Shown here piece by piece: positions 46,475 to 56,236 of a stretch of DNA of 64,000 nt. Under the pieces are notes generated by a model, which made no database searches, was not told where the DNA came from, and was given only the letters and a program-made list of their open reading frames with translations. Both the position numbers and the translations under genes were made by a program. Each line of letters opens with the position of its first letter. The stretch's first letter is position 1. This stretch comes from Escherichia phage vB_EcoM-pEB20: the sequence record OP114733. One strand, given 5' to 3'.

Positions 46475-47647
46475 ATGTCTGATTTAAAATCTCGTCTGAT
46501 TAAAGCTTCTACTTCTAAAATGACTGCGGACTTGACTAAGTCTAAGCTGTTTAATAATCGCGATGAAGTCCCTACTCGTATTCCGATGTTGAATATTGCA
46601 TTAGGCGGTGCACTGAATGCCGGGTTGCAATCAGGCTTAACTATTTTTGCTGCTCCTTCTAAACACTTTAAAACGTTGTTTGGACTGACCATGGTTGCAG
46701 CGTATATGAAGAAATATAAAGATGCAATCTGTTTGTTTTATGACTCAGAATTCGGTGCTTCAGAATCTTATTTTCGTTCAATGGGTGTTGATTTAGACCG
46801 TGTAGTTCATACTCCTATTCAATCTGTCGAACAACTTAAAGTTGATATGACTAATCAGCTAGATGCAATCGAACGTGGCGAGAAAGTTATTATCTTTATT
46901 GACTCAATCGGTAACACTGCATCTAAGAAAGAAACCGAAGATGCTTTGAACGAGAAAGTTGTAGGCGATATGTCTCGTGCTAAGGCACTTAAATCTTTAT
47001 TTCGTATCGTAACGCCTTATCTGACTATTAAAGATATTCCGTGCGTTGCAATTAACCACACTGCTATGGAAATTGGTGGATTATATCCTAAAGAGATTAT
47101 GGGTGGTGGTACAGGTATTCTTTATTCAGCCAACACCGTATTCTTTATCTCTAAACGTCAGGTTAAAGAAGGTACAGAATTGACCGGTTATGACTTCACG
47201 TTGAAAGCAGAAAAATCTCGTACAGTTAAAGAGAAATCTACTTTCCCAATCACGGTTAATTTTGATGGCGGTATTGACCCATTCAGTGGCTTGTTAGAAA
47301 TGGCAACTGAAATTGGTTTTGTAGTTAAGCCTAAAGCCGGTTGGTATGCTCGTGAATTCCTTGACGAAGAAACAGGTGAAATGATTCGTGAAGAGAAATC
47401 GTGGCGTGCTAAAGCTACTGATTGTGTAGAATTCTGGGGACCTTTGTTTAAACATAAGCCTTTCCGTGACGCAATTGAAATGAAATATAAGCTAGGCGCT
47501 ATCTCGTCTATTAAAGAAGTTGATGACGCTGTTAACGACCTTATTAATTGCAAAGCAACAACTAAAGTTCCGGTTAAAGCTTCTGATGCTCCATCTGCAG
47601 CAGATATTGAAAACGACCTGGACGAAATGGAAAATTTTGATGAATAA
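46475..47647 (+). CDS. uvsX: recombinase UvsX (RecA-like)
   Basis: MSDLKSRLIKASTSKMTA...; 390 aa; resembles T4 UvsX as recalled. Confidence 0.95.
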   Translation: MSDLKSRLIKASTSKMTADLTKSKLFNNRDEVPTRIPMLNIALGGALNAGLQSGLTIFAAPSKHFKTLFGLTMVAAYMKKYKDAICLFYDSEFGASESYFRSMGVDLDRVVHTPIQSVEQLKVDMTNQLDAIERGEKVIIFIDSIGNTASKKETEDALNEKVVGDMSRAKALKSLFRIVTPYLTIKDIPCVAINHTAMEIGGLYPKEIMGGGTGILYSANTVFFISKRQVKEGTELTGYDFTLKAEKSRTVKEKSTFPITVNFDGGIDPFSGLLEMATEIGFVVKPKAGWYAREFLDEETGEMIREEKSWRAKATDCVEFWGPLFKHKPFRDAIEMKYKLGAISSIKEVDDAVNDLINCKATTKVPVKASDAPSAADIENDLDEMENFDE

Positions 47648-47981
47648 TCTCGATGATTTAAATCTAGAAATCGTTGATGAATCCCCTTCTTCGGAAGGGG
47701 AAGACATTCGCAAAGAACGAGTGTTTAATGAATCTCTTAAAATTGTCCGTTCAGCAATGGAAAATGTCATTCAAGAGATTCTGATTACACTTGAAGACGG
47801 TTCCCATCATATAGTCTATATTACAAAACTAGACTGGGTTGATGGTAAAATCGTAATGGACTTTGCAGTTCTTGACCAGGACAGAAAAGCAGAACTTGCA
47901 CCACACGTTGAAAAATGTGTTACAATGCAAGTACAACAAGCTTTTAATGAACGGACCAAGAAAAAATTTAAATTCTTTTAA
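47640..47981 (+). CDS. gp40-like protein (by synteny)
   Basis: M41 of ORF 47520; 113 aa between uvsX and 41. Confidence 0.5.
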   Translation: MNNLDDLNLEIVDESPSSEGEDIRKERVFNESLKIVRSAMENVIQEILITLEDGSHHIVYITKLDWVDGKIVMDFAVLDQDRKAELAPHVEKCVTMQVQQAFNERTKKKFKFF

Positions 47982-47990
47982 GGAGTTATC

Positions 47991-49433
47991 GTGGTAGAAA
48001 TTATTTTGTCTCATCTAGTATATGACCAGGCTTATTTTTCTAAGGTCTGGCCTTATATGGATTCTGAGTATTTTGAGCGTGGACCGGCAAAAAATGTCTT
48101 TAAAATTATAAAGAGCCACGTTAACGAATATAATGCAATGCCATCTATCAATGCGTTAAAGGTGGCTTTAGATAACAGTTCTTTAACTGAAGCCGAATAT
48201 AAAGGAACTTCAGACCTAATTGAAAAATTGGCTGATACTCCTGAAGACCACGAATGGTTGGTTAAAGAAACCGAGAAATATGTCCAGCAAAAAGCGATGT
48301 ATAATGCTACGTCCAAAATCATTGAGATTCAGTCTAATGCTGAACTACCTCCAGAACAACGTAACAAGAAAATGCCTGACGTAGGAGCTATTCCTGATAT
48401 TATGCGTCAAGCACTTTCAATTTCGTTCGATAGTTATGTTGGACATGACTGGATGGAAGACTACGAAGCACGCTGGCTTTCTTATCTAAATAAAGCACGT
48501 AAGGTCCCGTTCAAATTAAACATTTTGAATAAAATCACTAAAGGTGGTGCTGAAACCGGTACACTGAATGTTTTAATGGCCGGTGTTAACGTTGGTAAAT
48601 CTTTAGGCCTTTGTTCACTTGCTGCAGATTATCTTCAAACAGGTCATAACGTTCTTTATATTTCTATGGAAATGGCTGAAGAAGTTTGTGCTAAGCGTAT
48701 CGATGCAAACATGCTTGACGTATCACTTGATGATATTGATGATGGTAACGTATCTTATGCTGAATATAAAGCCAAGATGGAAAAATGGCGTTCAAAATCC
48801 ACATTAGGACGTTTAGTAGTTAAACAGTATCCTACTGGTGGAGCTAATGCTAATACATTTCGTGCATTGCTTAATGAGTTAAAACTTAAGAAGAACTTTG
48901 TACCATCTGTAATCATGGTTGATTACTTAGGTATTTGTGGGTCTTGTCGTATCAGAGTTTACACTGAAAATAGCTACACATTAGTTAAAGCTATCGCAGA
49001 AGAACTTCGTGCATTAGCAGTAGAATCTGAAACAGTTCTATGGACTGCAGCTCAAGTAGGACGTGCAGCATGGGATGCTTCAGACATGAACATGAGTGAT
49101 ATCGCAGAATCAGCAGGTTTACCAGCAACGGCAGATTTCATGTTGGCCGTAATTGAAACCGAAGAACTTGCACAAGCTGAACAACAACTTATCAAACAAA
49201 TCAAATCACGATATGGCGATAAGAATAAGTGGAATAAATTCCTGATGGGTGTACGTAAAGGCAACCAGAAATGGGTTGAGATTGAGCAAGAAGGCATGAA
49301 CACACCTAACACAGTAAATGAAAACGCAGGTGCTCAGATGCGTCAGGCAGAGGTGAATCGTACGGAACGCGTAGGTAAAGCCAAAGCAACACGTGCTGAC
49401 CTAGATAGCTTAGCCAATGAGTTAAAATTTTAA
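47991..49433 (+). CDS. 41: replicative DNA helicase gp41 (DnaB-like)
   Basis: Walker A GVNVGKS; 480 aa; start in ORF track is GTG after AAGGAG. Confidence 0.9.
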   Translation: MVEIILSHLVYDQAYFSKVWPYMDSEYFERGPAKNVFKIIKSHVNEYNAMPSINALKVALDNSSLTEAEYKGTSDLIEKLADTPEDHEWLVKETEKYVQQKAMYNATSKIIEIQSNAELPPEQRNKKMPDVGAIPDIMRQALSISFDSYVGHDWMEDYEARWLSYLNKARKVPFKLNILNKITKGGAETGTLNVLMAGVNVGKSLGLCSLAADYLQTGHNVLYISMEMAEEVCAKRIDANMLDVSLDDIDDGNVSYAEYKAKMEKWRSKSTLGRLVVKQYPTGGANANTFRALLNELKLKKNFVPSVIMVDYLGICGSCRIRVYTENSYTLVKAIAEELRALAVESETVLWTAAQVGRAAWDASDMNMSDIAESAGLPATADFMLAVIETEELAQAEQQLIKQIKSRYGDKNKWNKFLMGVRKGNQKWVEIEQEGMNTPNTVNENAGAQMRQAEVNRTERVGKAKATRADLDSLANELKF

Positions 49434-49436
49434 TAA

Positions 49437-49458
49437 AAAGGAGACTTCGGTCTCCTTT
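49437..49458 (+). terminator. rho-independent terminator (UUCG tetraloop)
   Basis: AAAGGAGAC-TTCG-GTCTCCTTT. Confidence 0.6.
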
Positions 49459-49521
49459 CGGGGTTTACATCTTCCTCTAGGCATGATATGATGAACTTAC
49501 ACCAACCAAGAGGAAAACATT

Positions 49522-49896
49522 ATGAATATGTCTCAAGCAATTTTTACTGCAATCACCGAAAACACAACTGTTGAAGTAGTTTCTCCGCTGGCAACCTACG
49601 TTATTCTTGCTCCTAAAACTATTGTATCTCGTATGGAAAACATGGGCAAACGTATCGTACAAATTGTTGGAGCCGGAAATCAAAAACTTGATTATCTGCG
49701 AACCATCAAAGCTTATGAACATTTCCAACTCGAAAAAGGTTCTCCTATCCAGGTAGAACTCGTAAATGGTGATATCGTTCGAGCAATGTTCCATCATTTC
49801 TATGCATTGAATGACCCATCTAAAGCAGTTCGTTTAATTGCATACGACGCAAACCAAAACGAAATCAACGCGGATATATCTAAATTACGTTTTTAA
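49522..49896 (+). CDS. hypothetical protein
   Basis: ORF track. Confidence 0.55.
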   Translation: MNMSQAIFTAITENTTVEVVSPLATYVILAPKTIVSRMENMGKRIVQIVGAGNQKLDYLRTIKAYEHFQLEKGSPIQVELVNGDIVRAMFHHFYALNDPSKAVRLIAYDANQNEINADISKLRF

Positions 49897-49945
49897 GTTT
49901 ACTTCTCCAGTAGTTGTGTTATTATAGACCTATCAACTACTGGAG
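49897..49945 (+). promoter_or_regulatory. early promoter in 12-bp perfect inverted repeat (PeSL-like)
   Basis: GTTTAC 49897-49902; arms CTCCAGTAGTTG 49905-49916 and CAACTACTGGAG 49934-49945. Confidence 0.6.
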
Positions 49946-49951
49946 AACAAA

Positions 49952-50269
49952 ATGAAAACCATCGATTGTAAAGCAGAATTTAAGATTTTTTATCACGGTT
50001 CAAGTAGTTCAGCTAACATCGAAAACATGCTTTGTCCTCCTGAAGAAACAGGAGTTCTGTCTGAAACTGGACGTAAGAAAAACTTGGATCGTGTATTCTT
50101 TACTGAAGATATCGGTTTAGCAAAGATTTATGCAGGACGAGCAGCCCGCTCTTATGGAGGTGAACCACGTCTCTATCGAGTAATTTCTCCGGTAGATGTA
50201 GTTCAAATGAATGATACTAAAGGCGCTACAGTTTATCACGCTGAATGGGCCTTCTGTGAGGAAATATGA
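49952..50269 (+). CDS. hypothetical protein
   Basis: ORF track. Confidence 0.55.
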   Translation: MKTIDCKAEFKIFYHGSSSSANIENMLCPPEETGVLSETGRKKNLDRVFFTEDIGLAKIYAGRAARSYGGEPRLYRVISPVDVVQMNDTKGATVYHAEWAFCEEI

Positions 50270-50454
50270 GCAAATTAACTAAAGTTACTTTTATCGGTTG
50301 GTTTAAAAGCGGTGAGATGTTCACTAAAGATATCATGTTATCAGGTGATCGCGAAGAAATCGAGTGGGTTGCGGTACAACTTGCTGAAGTGAACAAAGCA
50401 TTAGTTAAAGCATTTGTTAATGACGAGAAAGTTTTCGAAGCAGATTTTCGATAA
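50266..50454 (+). CDS. dmd: Dmd antitoxin (inhibitor of RnlA/LsoA toxins)
   Basis: VTFIGWFKSGEMFTKDI..AEVNKALVKAF resembles T4 Dmd as recalled; about 60 aa. Confidence 0.8.
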   Translation: MSKLTKVTFIGWFKSGEMFTKDIMLSGDREEIEWVAVQLAEVNKALVKAFVNDEKVFEADFR

Positions 50455-50525
50455 TTTTAAAATAACTGTTTACAAGCCCCACATACTGTGTTACTATCTT
50501 TCTATCAACTACAGAGGAAATTGAA

Positions 50526-50894
50526 ATGAAAAAATTAATCGCTTTAGCAATGGTATTTGGATTAACCGGATGTGGTGCCCATGGCTTTATCCCTAATAAC
50601 GTTGGCCAACTGATTTACAATCCGAATGTTAAACAGTACGACCACCCTAAAGTTGAAGTGGAAGACCCGGTTACTGTAGGTAATCGAATGATTCAAGCTG
50701 ATGCCCATGCTCAACGTTATCGTGACTCTGATACTGTAGCATTGTCAAAAGAACAACGCGTTAAAGAACATTGCTTACAGGCTACTGAAATCGCATTCAT
50801 TCGCTATGTTGAAACAACTGGTAAAGAGCCTACCCAGAAACAAATCGCGAATAACTACGTACAGTGTATTGAACGTTTAAACAAATTTAATTAA
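50526..50894 (+). CDS. predicted lipoprotein
   Basis: Signal peptide with lipobox LTGC. Confidence 0.55.
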   Translation: MKKLIALAMVFGLTGCGAHGFIPNNVGQLIYNPNVKQYDHPKVEVEDPVTVGNRMIQADAHAQRYRDSDTVALSKEQRVKEHCLQATEIAFIRYVETTGKEPTQKQIANNYVQCIERLNKFN

Positions 50895-50955
50895 TTGGTT
50901 TACACCAAAGTTAAAATAAGATACTATAAACATAACAAATCAAGAGGAAATTAAC

Positions 50956-51204
50956 ATGGAATTATTCGTAGCTAGTTCAGTAGCAGTTTTAATCGCAGGT
51001 ATTGGTTCAATCATCATTTACATGTTGCCTTGGGTAATCGCACTTATTCGTGGTACAAAAAGCACAACAGCAATCTTCTTTGTATCTTTACTCTTTAACT
51101 GGACGATGATTGGTTGGATTGGAACTTTAATTTGGTCTATCGTTGCCGAAAAGAAATCTGCTCAGCAGCCTCAACAAGTAATTATTATTCGCGAAAAAGA
51201 ATAA
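50956..51204 (+). CDS. superinfection-immunity-family small membrane protein
   Basis: MLPWVIALIRGTKSTTAIFFVSLLFNWTMIGWIGTLIWSIV resembles Imm_superinfect family pattern. Confidence 0.55.
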   Translation: MELFVASSVAVLIAGIGSIIIYMLPWVIALIRGTKSTTAIFFVSLLFNWTMIGWIGTLIWSIVAEKKSAQQPQQVIIIREKE

Positions 51205-51208
51205 ACTT

Positions 51209-51243
51209 GTTTACATTATAGATGGACTATAGTATAGTAGTCC
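51209..51243 (+). promoter_or_regulatory. early promoter in inverted repeat (PeSL-like)
   Basis: GTTTAC 51209-51214; GGACTA/TAGTCC arms. Confidence 0.5.
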
Positions 51244-51267
51244 TATCAAATCAACTAAGGAGTTAAA

Positions 51268-51561
51268 ATGAAAAAGTTATCATTGGCAGCAATCTTACTT
51301 GCAGTATCATGTGCACCAGCTCCAGTTACGGCAGGTTATGATAAAGACCTCTGTGAGTGGTCAATGACTGCAAATCAAGAAGATGTTGAACAACAAATCT
51401 TCTCTGATATCATGAACATCACTAAAAGAGACCGTCCTAATATGGTTAATAAAGTTGTTGAACAACTTAAGTCTGGCGGTATCATGCAGTACAACTATGT
51501 TTTGTATTGTGACCCTAATTTCGATAACAAAGATATCGTAACCGAAATCACAGGTGAATAA
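51268..51561 (+). CDS. sp: spackle periplasmic protein (inhibitor of gp5 lysozyme)
   Basis: Signal peptide; GYDKDLCEWSMTA and MQYNYVLYCD resemble T4 Sp as recalled; 97 aa. Confidence 0.8.
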   Translation: MKKLSLAAILLAVSCAPAPVTAGYDKDLCEWSMTANQEDVEQQIFSDIMNITKRDRPNMVNKVVEQLKSGGIMQYNYVLYCDPNFDNKDIVTEITGE

Positions 51562-51562
51562 T

Positions 51563-52213
51563 ATGATTTATTATATGCACAAAAACGCGCCATTTAAATA
51601 TGGTAAATTTCCTAATGCACAATGTTATAATATAACGCCGAATGAAAATAATAATGGATACCATATTGGTGTAATTTTTGTAATTGTTAAAGATAATGAA
51701 ATCGTTGCCTGGGCAGATTTTAAAGGTACAACATATGATGTTAATCCGGTGCCTTTCACATATTACAATATAATGGATTTGGCATATGATTATAATTGGT
51801 TTAATCATGACACGTTGGCTCATATTGAAGGTGTAGGATTTGACATCTCTTATTCTAGCTATTCATTATGTCCTATGAGCCGAGCTCACGGTAAAGATGC
51901 ATCATATCTTTCAATTCGGAAACGTGTAAACTTCAAACGTAGTACAGAGTATGTTGGTGGACTCTTTGTTAAAGATAATAAAATAACCCGTATTAGTTAT
52001 CCTTTAAGTGTAGGTCAAAAAGATGTTGATGTTGATTTGGACTTAACTGAAAATAACATTAATCGCATTGCTTCTGTATATTTTGATATCGATGAAAAAA
52101 TTGTAGTGTGTGGATACGAATTACCACCTGAAGAAAAGGCTGAAGCAATTGAAGTCGAATTAGAAATTTCTGTTGATGACCAAATATTTAATGCATTTAT
52201 GAATCGAGGTTAA
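51563..52213 (+). CDS. hypothetical protein
   Basis: M4 of ORF 51554. Confidence 0.5.
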   Translation: MIYYMHKNAPFKYGKFPNAQCYNITPNENNNGYHIGVIFVIVKDNEIVAWADFKGTTYDVNPVPFTYYNIMDLAYDYNWFNHDTLAHIEGVGFDISYSSYSLCPMSRAHGKDASYLSIRKRVNFKRSTEYVGGLFVKDNKITRISYPLSVGQKDVDVDLDLTENNINRIASVYFDIDEKIVVCGYELPPEEKAEAIEVELEISVDDQIFNAFMNRG

Positions 52214-52214
52214 A

Positions 52215-52412
52215 ATGACTACTGCAATTTGCACTGGTTCTAAAATTAGTGTTTTTACAAGTTTTGAAGATTATGAAGTTGTTTCAAAACACCAATGCCA
52301 TATTAGCGTAAAAGCTAATGATGGTGTAATTTGGAATATTCCACAGTATGAAGGCACTACATATGAAGTCACAGATATAAATGGTGATAAAGCGATCTTT
52401 GTGATTGATTAA
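52215..52412 (+). CDS. hypothetical protein
   Basis: ORF track. Confidence 0.5.
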   Translation: MTTAICTGSKISVFTSFEDYEVVSKHQCHISVKANDGVIWNIPQYEGTTYEVTDINGDKAIFVID

Positions 52413-52431
52413 ATATACTCAGGAGGTACCT

Positions 52432-52899
52432 ATGGGTATTATTAACACTGCAATAGATTCTGTTTATGCATATAAGTTTATTCGACTAATGCAAAAACCT
52501 TTTACTGAATGGAAAGCATACGAAGCCAAAATCATCGATGAACGTGGAAGTGTTCTTAAACGTCCTTCCACTCCTGAAGAGAAAGCGGCTTATACACCTT
52601 TTCATGCTTCAGTTCGTTCAATGAAGCGAATGATGAGCACTGTTCCAGGTCTTAATGGAATGGCCTCAATGATGTCTGCTTGGAGTGCTGTAGCTTCACG
52701 CTATAACATTACGGAAGAACAACAGAAAGAAATATTTAAAGAACTCCCTTTATTTGAGGATATGGTTGCTGGCGATTCAGGTGGCAGCCCTCAAGCTATT
52801 GCATCAGGAACAACTACAGGTGCAGTCGTAAATAAAGGTCCAGAACAAATTCCTTCCAAGAAAAGAAAGCGAATTAAAGTAAATATTAACAAGTTGTGA
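52432..52899 (+). CDS. hypothetical protein
   Basis: M10 of ORF 52405 after CAGGAGG RBS. Confidence 0.5.
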   Translation: MGIINTAIDSVYAYKFIRLMQKPFTEWKAYEAKIIDERGSVLKRPSTPEEKAAYTPFHASVRSMKRMMSTVPGLNGMASMMSAWSAVASRYNITEEQQKEIFKELPLFEDMVAGDSGGSPQAIASGTTTGAVVNKGPEQIPSKKRKRIKVNINKL

Positions 52900-52938
52900 T
52901 ATGATGGCCTTATTAATTTAAGGCCTCTGGAGAATACT

Positions 52939-53961
52939 ATGGCTGAATGGATAGATAATGAATTTGCTTATCGTGCGTTTTCTCACCTACCTCGTTTTAG
53001 ACAAATCAATAATTCAAGCACATTTAAATTAACGTTTCGTTGTCCAGTTTGTGGCGACTCTCAGACAGATGCAATGAAAGCCCGCGGATGGTATTATGGC
53101 GGTACTCCTGGTAATGTACATTGCTATAACTGCCAATACCACAATACAATTTCCGGATACTTAAAAGAGTATGATGAAGAGCTTTATCGCGAATATCTAA
53201 TGGAAGTTCGTAAAGAAAAGGCTAGAATGGAACCAAAGATTGAAAAGGTTCCTGAACATAAACCAGAACCGGAGAAAAAGACTATAAATTCTTTGCCGTC
53301 TTGTTCTCGTCTAGACAAGTTGCCTGAAGAGCATCCTATTGTGAAATATGTTAAGTCTCGGTGTATTCCTAAAGAATCGTGGAACAGATTATGGTTCACA
53401 TTGGAATGGCCTAAATTGGTCAACAAGATTCAACCTGGCACATATAAGAAAGAGATTCCCGAACCACGTTTAGTTATTCCTATTTTTAATAAAGATGGGA
53501 AGGCCGAGTCATTCCAAGGACGTGCACTTCGTAAAGATGCTCCTCAGAAATATATCACTATTAAAGCGTTTGAGTCTGCAACAAAAATTTATGGTGTTGA
53601 ACGTGTTAAGGAAGGAGACGTCTGGGTAATGGAAGGCCCTATTGATAGTTTATTCATACCAAACGCAATCGCTATTACAGGCGGCTCAATAGATTTAGAT
53701 GTGGTACCATTTAAAGAACGTCGGGTATGGGTAATGGATAATGAACCTAGGCATCCAGATACTATAGCTCGCATGAAGCGATTAGTTGATGCAGGCGAAC
53801 GTGTCATGTTCTGGGACCGAGCTCCGTGGAGTTCAAAGGATGTGAATGATATGGTAATGAAAGAAAATGCAACACCACAAGAAATTTTAGAATATATGAA
53901 ACAGAATATTTCAAGTGGGTTGCATGCTAAAATGAGATTATCTCGTTATTCGAAGATTTAA
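52939..53961 (+). CDS. 61: DNA primase gp61
   Basis: Zinc ribbon CPVCGDS...CYNC, Toprim-like core; 340 aa; synteny. Confidence 0.9.
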   Translation: MAEWIDNEFAYRAFSHLPRFRQINNSSTFKLTFRCPVCGDSQTDAMKARGWYYGGTPGNVHCYNCQYHNTISGYLKEYDEELYREYLMEVRKEKARMEPKIEKVPEHKPEPEKKTINSLPSCSRLDKLPEEHPIVKYVKSRCIPKESWNRLWFTLEWPKLVNKIQPGTYKKEIPEPRLVIPIFNKDGKAESFQGRALRKDAPQKYITIKAFESATKIYGVERVKEGDVWVMEGPIDSLFIPNAIAITGGSIDLDVVPFKERRVWVMDNEPRHPDTIARMKRLVDAGERVMFWDRAPWSSKDVNDMVMKENATPQEILEYMKQNISSGLHAKMRLSRYSKI

Positions 53962-54155
53962 ACCAGTCCTACAATAGCAAAGGCCAAATCAACTACAGTA
54001 TCCAATGGAACAGAAGGAACTATAATACCATGGGCAACTAACAATGGTGCAATCCCGAAGTTCCATGAAATAATGCCACCTACAACTATTGCAGCGATAG
54101 CAGTTTTCTTTTTATTGCCTTTAATAGCGTTGATTAACGATGGAAGTTTAAACAT
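53958..54155 (-). CDS. small membrane protein on minus strand (convergent with primase); probable late gene
   Basis: Only minus-strand ORF lying in a + strand gap; AAGGAG RBS 7 nt upstream on minus strand; TAATAAATA-like motif upstream. Confidence 0.6.
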   Translation of the reverse strand: MFKLPSLINAIKGNKKKTAIAAIVVGGIISWNFGIAPLLVAHGIIVPSVPLDTVVDLAFAIVGLV

Positions 54156-54245
54156 AATAATCTCCTTAGTTACCTATTATTTATTACGCTTTATAAAATT
54201 AATGTTAGAATTAAACTCTCTTATACTGAATTGAAAGGAAAAATA

Positions 54246-54767
54246 ATGGCGCACTTTAACGAATGTTCACAACTTATTTCTGGTGTTGATAAAGCAGAAG
54301 AAGCTTATTTTAATGCTCTGATTCACGAAGATAAAGACCCACTGCAGGTAATGCTTGATATGCAGAAATCTTTACAGGTTCGTCTGGCAAATGACAAGCC
54401 TGAACATAACAAACATCCTGATGAATTGGCTACTGCTGGTGATGTTGTTGATTGGCTGCGTAATCAGAAAGATTATATTGATGACGAATTCCGTGAACTA
54501 CTGACTTCACTTGGTGGTATGTCCAATGGTGAAAAAGCCGCTAGCTCTGTGTGGAAGCCATGGAAAGCACAACATGCCGAATATCGTAATCGTCGTATCG
54601 ATGAACTGTCTCCTGAAGACCAGCTTGAAATTAAATTTGAGATGATTGATATCCTCCACTTTGTTCTGAATATGTTCCAAGGTCTGGGTCTTTCTGCTGA
54701 AGAAATCTTTAAACTTTACTACTTGAAAAACCAACACAACTTTGAACGCCAGAATAATGGTTACTGA
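54246..54767 (+). CDS. 56: dCTP pyrophosphatase (dCTPase/dUTPase) gp56
   Basis: MAHFNEC...DPLQVMLDMQ...LEIKFE..DILHFVLNMF resembles T4 gp56 as recalled. Confidence 0.9.
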   Translation: MAHFNECSQLISGVDKAEEAYFNALIHEDKDPLQVMLDMQKSLQVRLANDKPEHNKHPDELATAGDVVDWLRNQKDYIDDEFRELLTSLGGMSNGEKAASSVWKPWKAQHAEYRNRRIDELSPEDQLEIKFEMIDILHFVLNMFQGLGLSAEEIFKLYYLKNQHNFERQNNGY

Positions 54768-54773
54768 TTAAGT

Positions 54774-54781
54774 TATAAATA
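54774..54781 (+). promoter_or_regulatory. late promoter TATAAATA upstream of soc
   Basis: Exact TATAAATA 32 nt upstream of soc ATG. Confidence 0.6.
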
Positions 54782-54812
54782 CACCTGTAATTAAACAACA
54801 AAGGAGTTAATT

Positions 54813-55049
54813 ATGGGTGGTTATGTAAACATCAAAACCTTTACGCATCCTGCGGGTGAAGGTAAAGAAGTTAAAGGTATGGAAGTTTCTGTACCGTTTG
54901 AGATTTATTCAAACGAACATCGGATTGCAGATTCTCATTACCAAATCTTTCCATCAGAAAAGGCAGCTTATTCTACTGTAGTTTCTGATGCAGCTGACTG
55001 GAAAACTAAGAACGCTGCAATGTTTACCCCTACACCAGTAAGTGGTTAA
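54813..55049 (+). CDS. soc: small outer capsid protein Soc
   Basis: GYVNIKTF and HYQIFPSEKAAYSTV resemble T4 Soc as recalled; 78 aa. Confidence 0.85.
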   Translation: MGGYVNIKTFTHPAGEGKEVKGMEVSVPFEIYSNEHRIADSHYQIFPSEKAAYSTVVSDAADWKTKNAAMFTPTPVSG

Positions 55050-55056
55050 ATAATTT

Positions 55057-55086
55057 AAGGAATCCTTCGGGATTCCTTTTTTTTTT
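55057..55086 (+). terminator. rho-independent terminator (UUCG tetraloop, long U-run)
   Basis: AAGGAATCC-TTCG-GGATTCCTT then run of T. Confidence 0.8.
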
Positions 55087-55153
55087 GTTTCTACAGTTTA
55101 CAACCACTAAAAACTGTGTTAAGATATTCTTACTTACTCAAGAGGAGAACAAT

Positions 55154-55381
55154 ATGTTAAATCGTTGGATTAAACCTAATAACACATTAGGTGCTTTGAT
55201 TGCTCAAGAAGTTTCGTTGAAATACGGTCTTGGATATTACGATGATGTAGTCGTACACTCATTCATGATGGATGTTGAAGACGTCAAATTTAATGCCGAA
55301 ATCCGCTGGGATGATGGTGGTGTTCGTTTTGTTCGAGGAACAATTAATGCTTACGATACTGAAGAAGTTGTTTGCTGTTAA
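55154..55381 (+). CDS. hypothetical protein
   Basis: M24 of ORF 55085 after AGAGGAGAAC. Confidence 0.5.
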   Translation: MLNRWIKPNNTLGALIAQEVSLKYGLGYYDDVVVHSFMMDVEDVKFNAEIRWDDGGVRFVRGTINAYDTEEVVCC

Positions 55382-55394
55382 ACCAGGCGAAGGT

Positions 55395-55595
55395 ATGATG
55401 CCTATTCCTGATACACACGAAAAAAGTTGGGAATATATCGGTGACGGAATGATGGAAGAAGTTGTTCGTCCAAAAACAAAACAGGTTAATGCTTCAAGCT
55501 CTTCAAGTTATAATCATTCATACGTATCGTCTTGGCCTGGTGATTCCGGGTCAAGTTATTCTGATTGTGGTTCAAGCTCAGGGAGCTGCGAATGA
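55395..55595 (+). CDS. hypothetical Ser-rich protein
   Basis: M42 of ORF 55272. Confidence 0.45.
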   Translation: MMPIPDTHEKSWEYIGDGMMEEVVRPKTKQVNASSSSSYNHSYVSSWPGDSGSSYSDCGSSSGSCE

Positions 55596-55771
55596 ACAAG
55601 ATAGTTAAATGGTTTAAAAGCTGGGACGATGGTGTCGGTCCAGAAGATTGGCTGGATGTTCTTGAAGAGAATATGGCTAAAGAATTCCAGAAACATGAAG
55701 AAAAGCTCGTCGAAGATGAAGGCGAACGTATTGTAAAACTTTATATGGGTGAACCATCGAGGAAATTATAA
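55592..55771 (+). CDS. hypothetical protein
   Basis: M10 of ORF 55565. Confidence 0.45.
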   Translation: MNKIVKWFKSWDDGVGPEDWLDVLEENMAKEFQKHEEKLVEDEGERIVKLYMGEPSRKL

Positions 55772-56235
55772 TGGATGCTATGCTATTTAAAATGTATTTG
55801 CTTGAAGCCAAGTCATTTAAACATATACCAGTGGAAGATAAGACTCCACTAGAAATAGCTATTCTCATTAACAAAAGTCTAAATAATCCGCAATATATCG
55901 TAGAAGAATTCTGCAAATTGCAGATTCCTAAAGGTTACAAAATTCGTGTAGAGCGAGTTGGAGCTATTACTCGTTCTAAAAATTCTCCGTTTAGTCTTGA
56001 AGAAGGCATAAAGGACTTAGGTTACGAATCTACGGAAAATGCCGTTTATGTGAATCCTGAAAAGCGTTTAGACTTGTTTGAAAAGCGAGACCATAAGTAT
56101 TTTGCCAAAAAATACTTTATTACATCATTAGCAGATTTAATCCATTTGCAACGAGCTATTTGGAAATTTTTTAAGACAAAAGGTGTAGCGCTAGAAACAT
56201 TCTCCGAGCAGCCTAGTTTTTATTTAGGTGAATAA
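55771..56235 (+). CDS. hypothetical protein
   Basis: ORF track. Confidence 0.5.
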   Translation: MDAMLFKMYLLEAKSFKHIPVEDKTPLEIAILINKSLNNPQYIVEEFCKLQIPKGYKIRVERVGAITRSKNSPFSLEEGIKDLGYESTENAVYVNPEKRLDLFEKRDHKYFAKKYFITSLADLIHLQRAIWKFFKTKGVALETFSEQPSFYLGE

Positions 56236-56236
56236 T

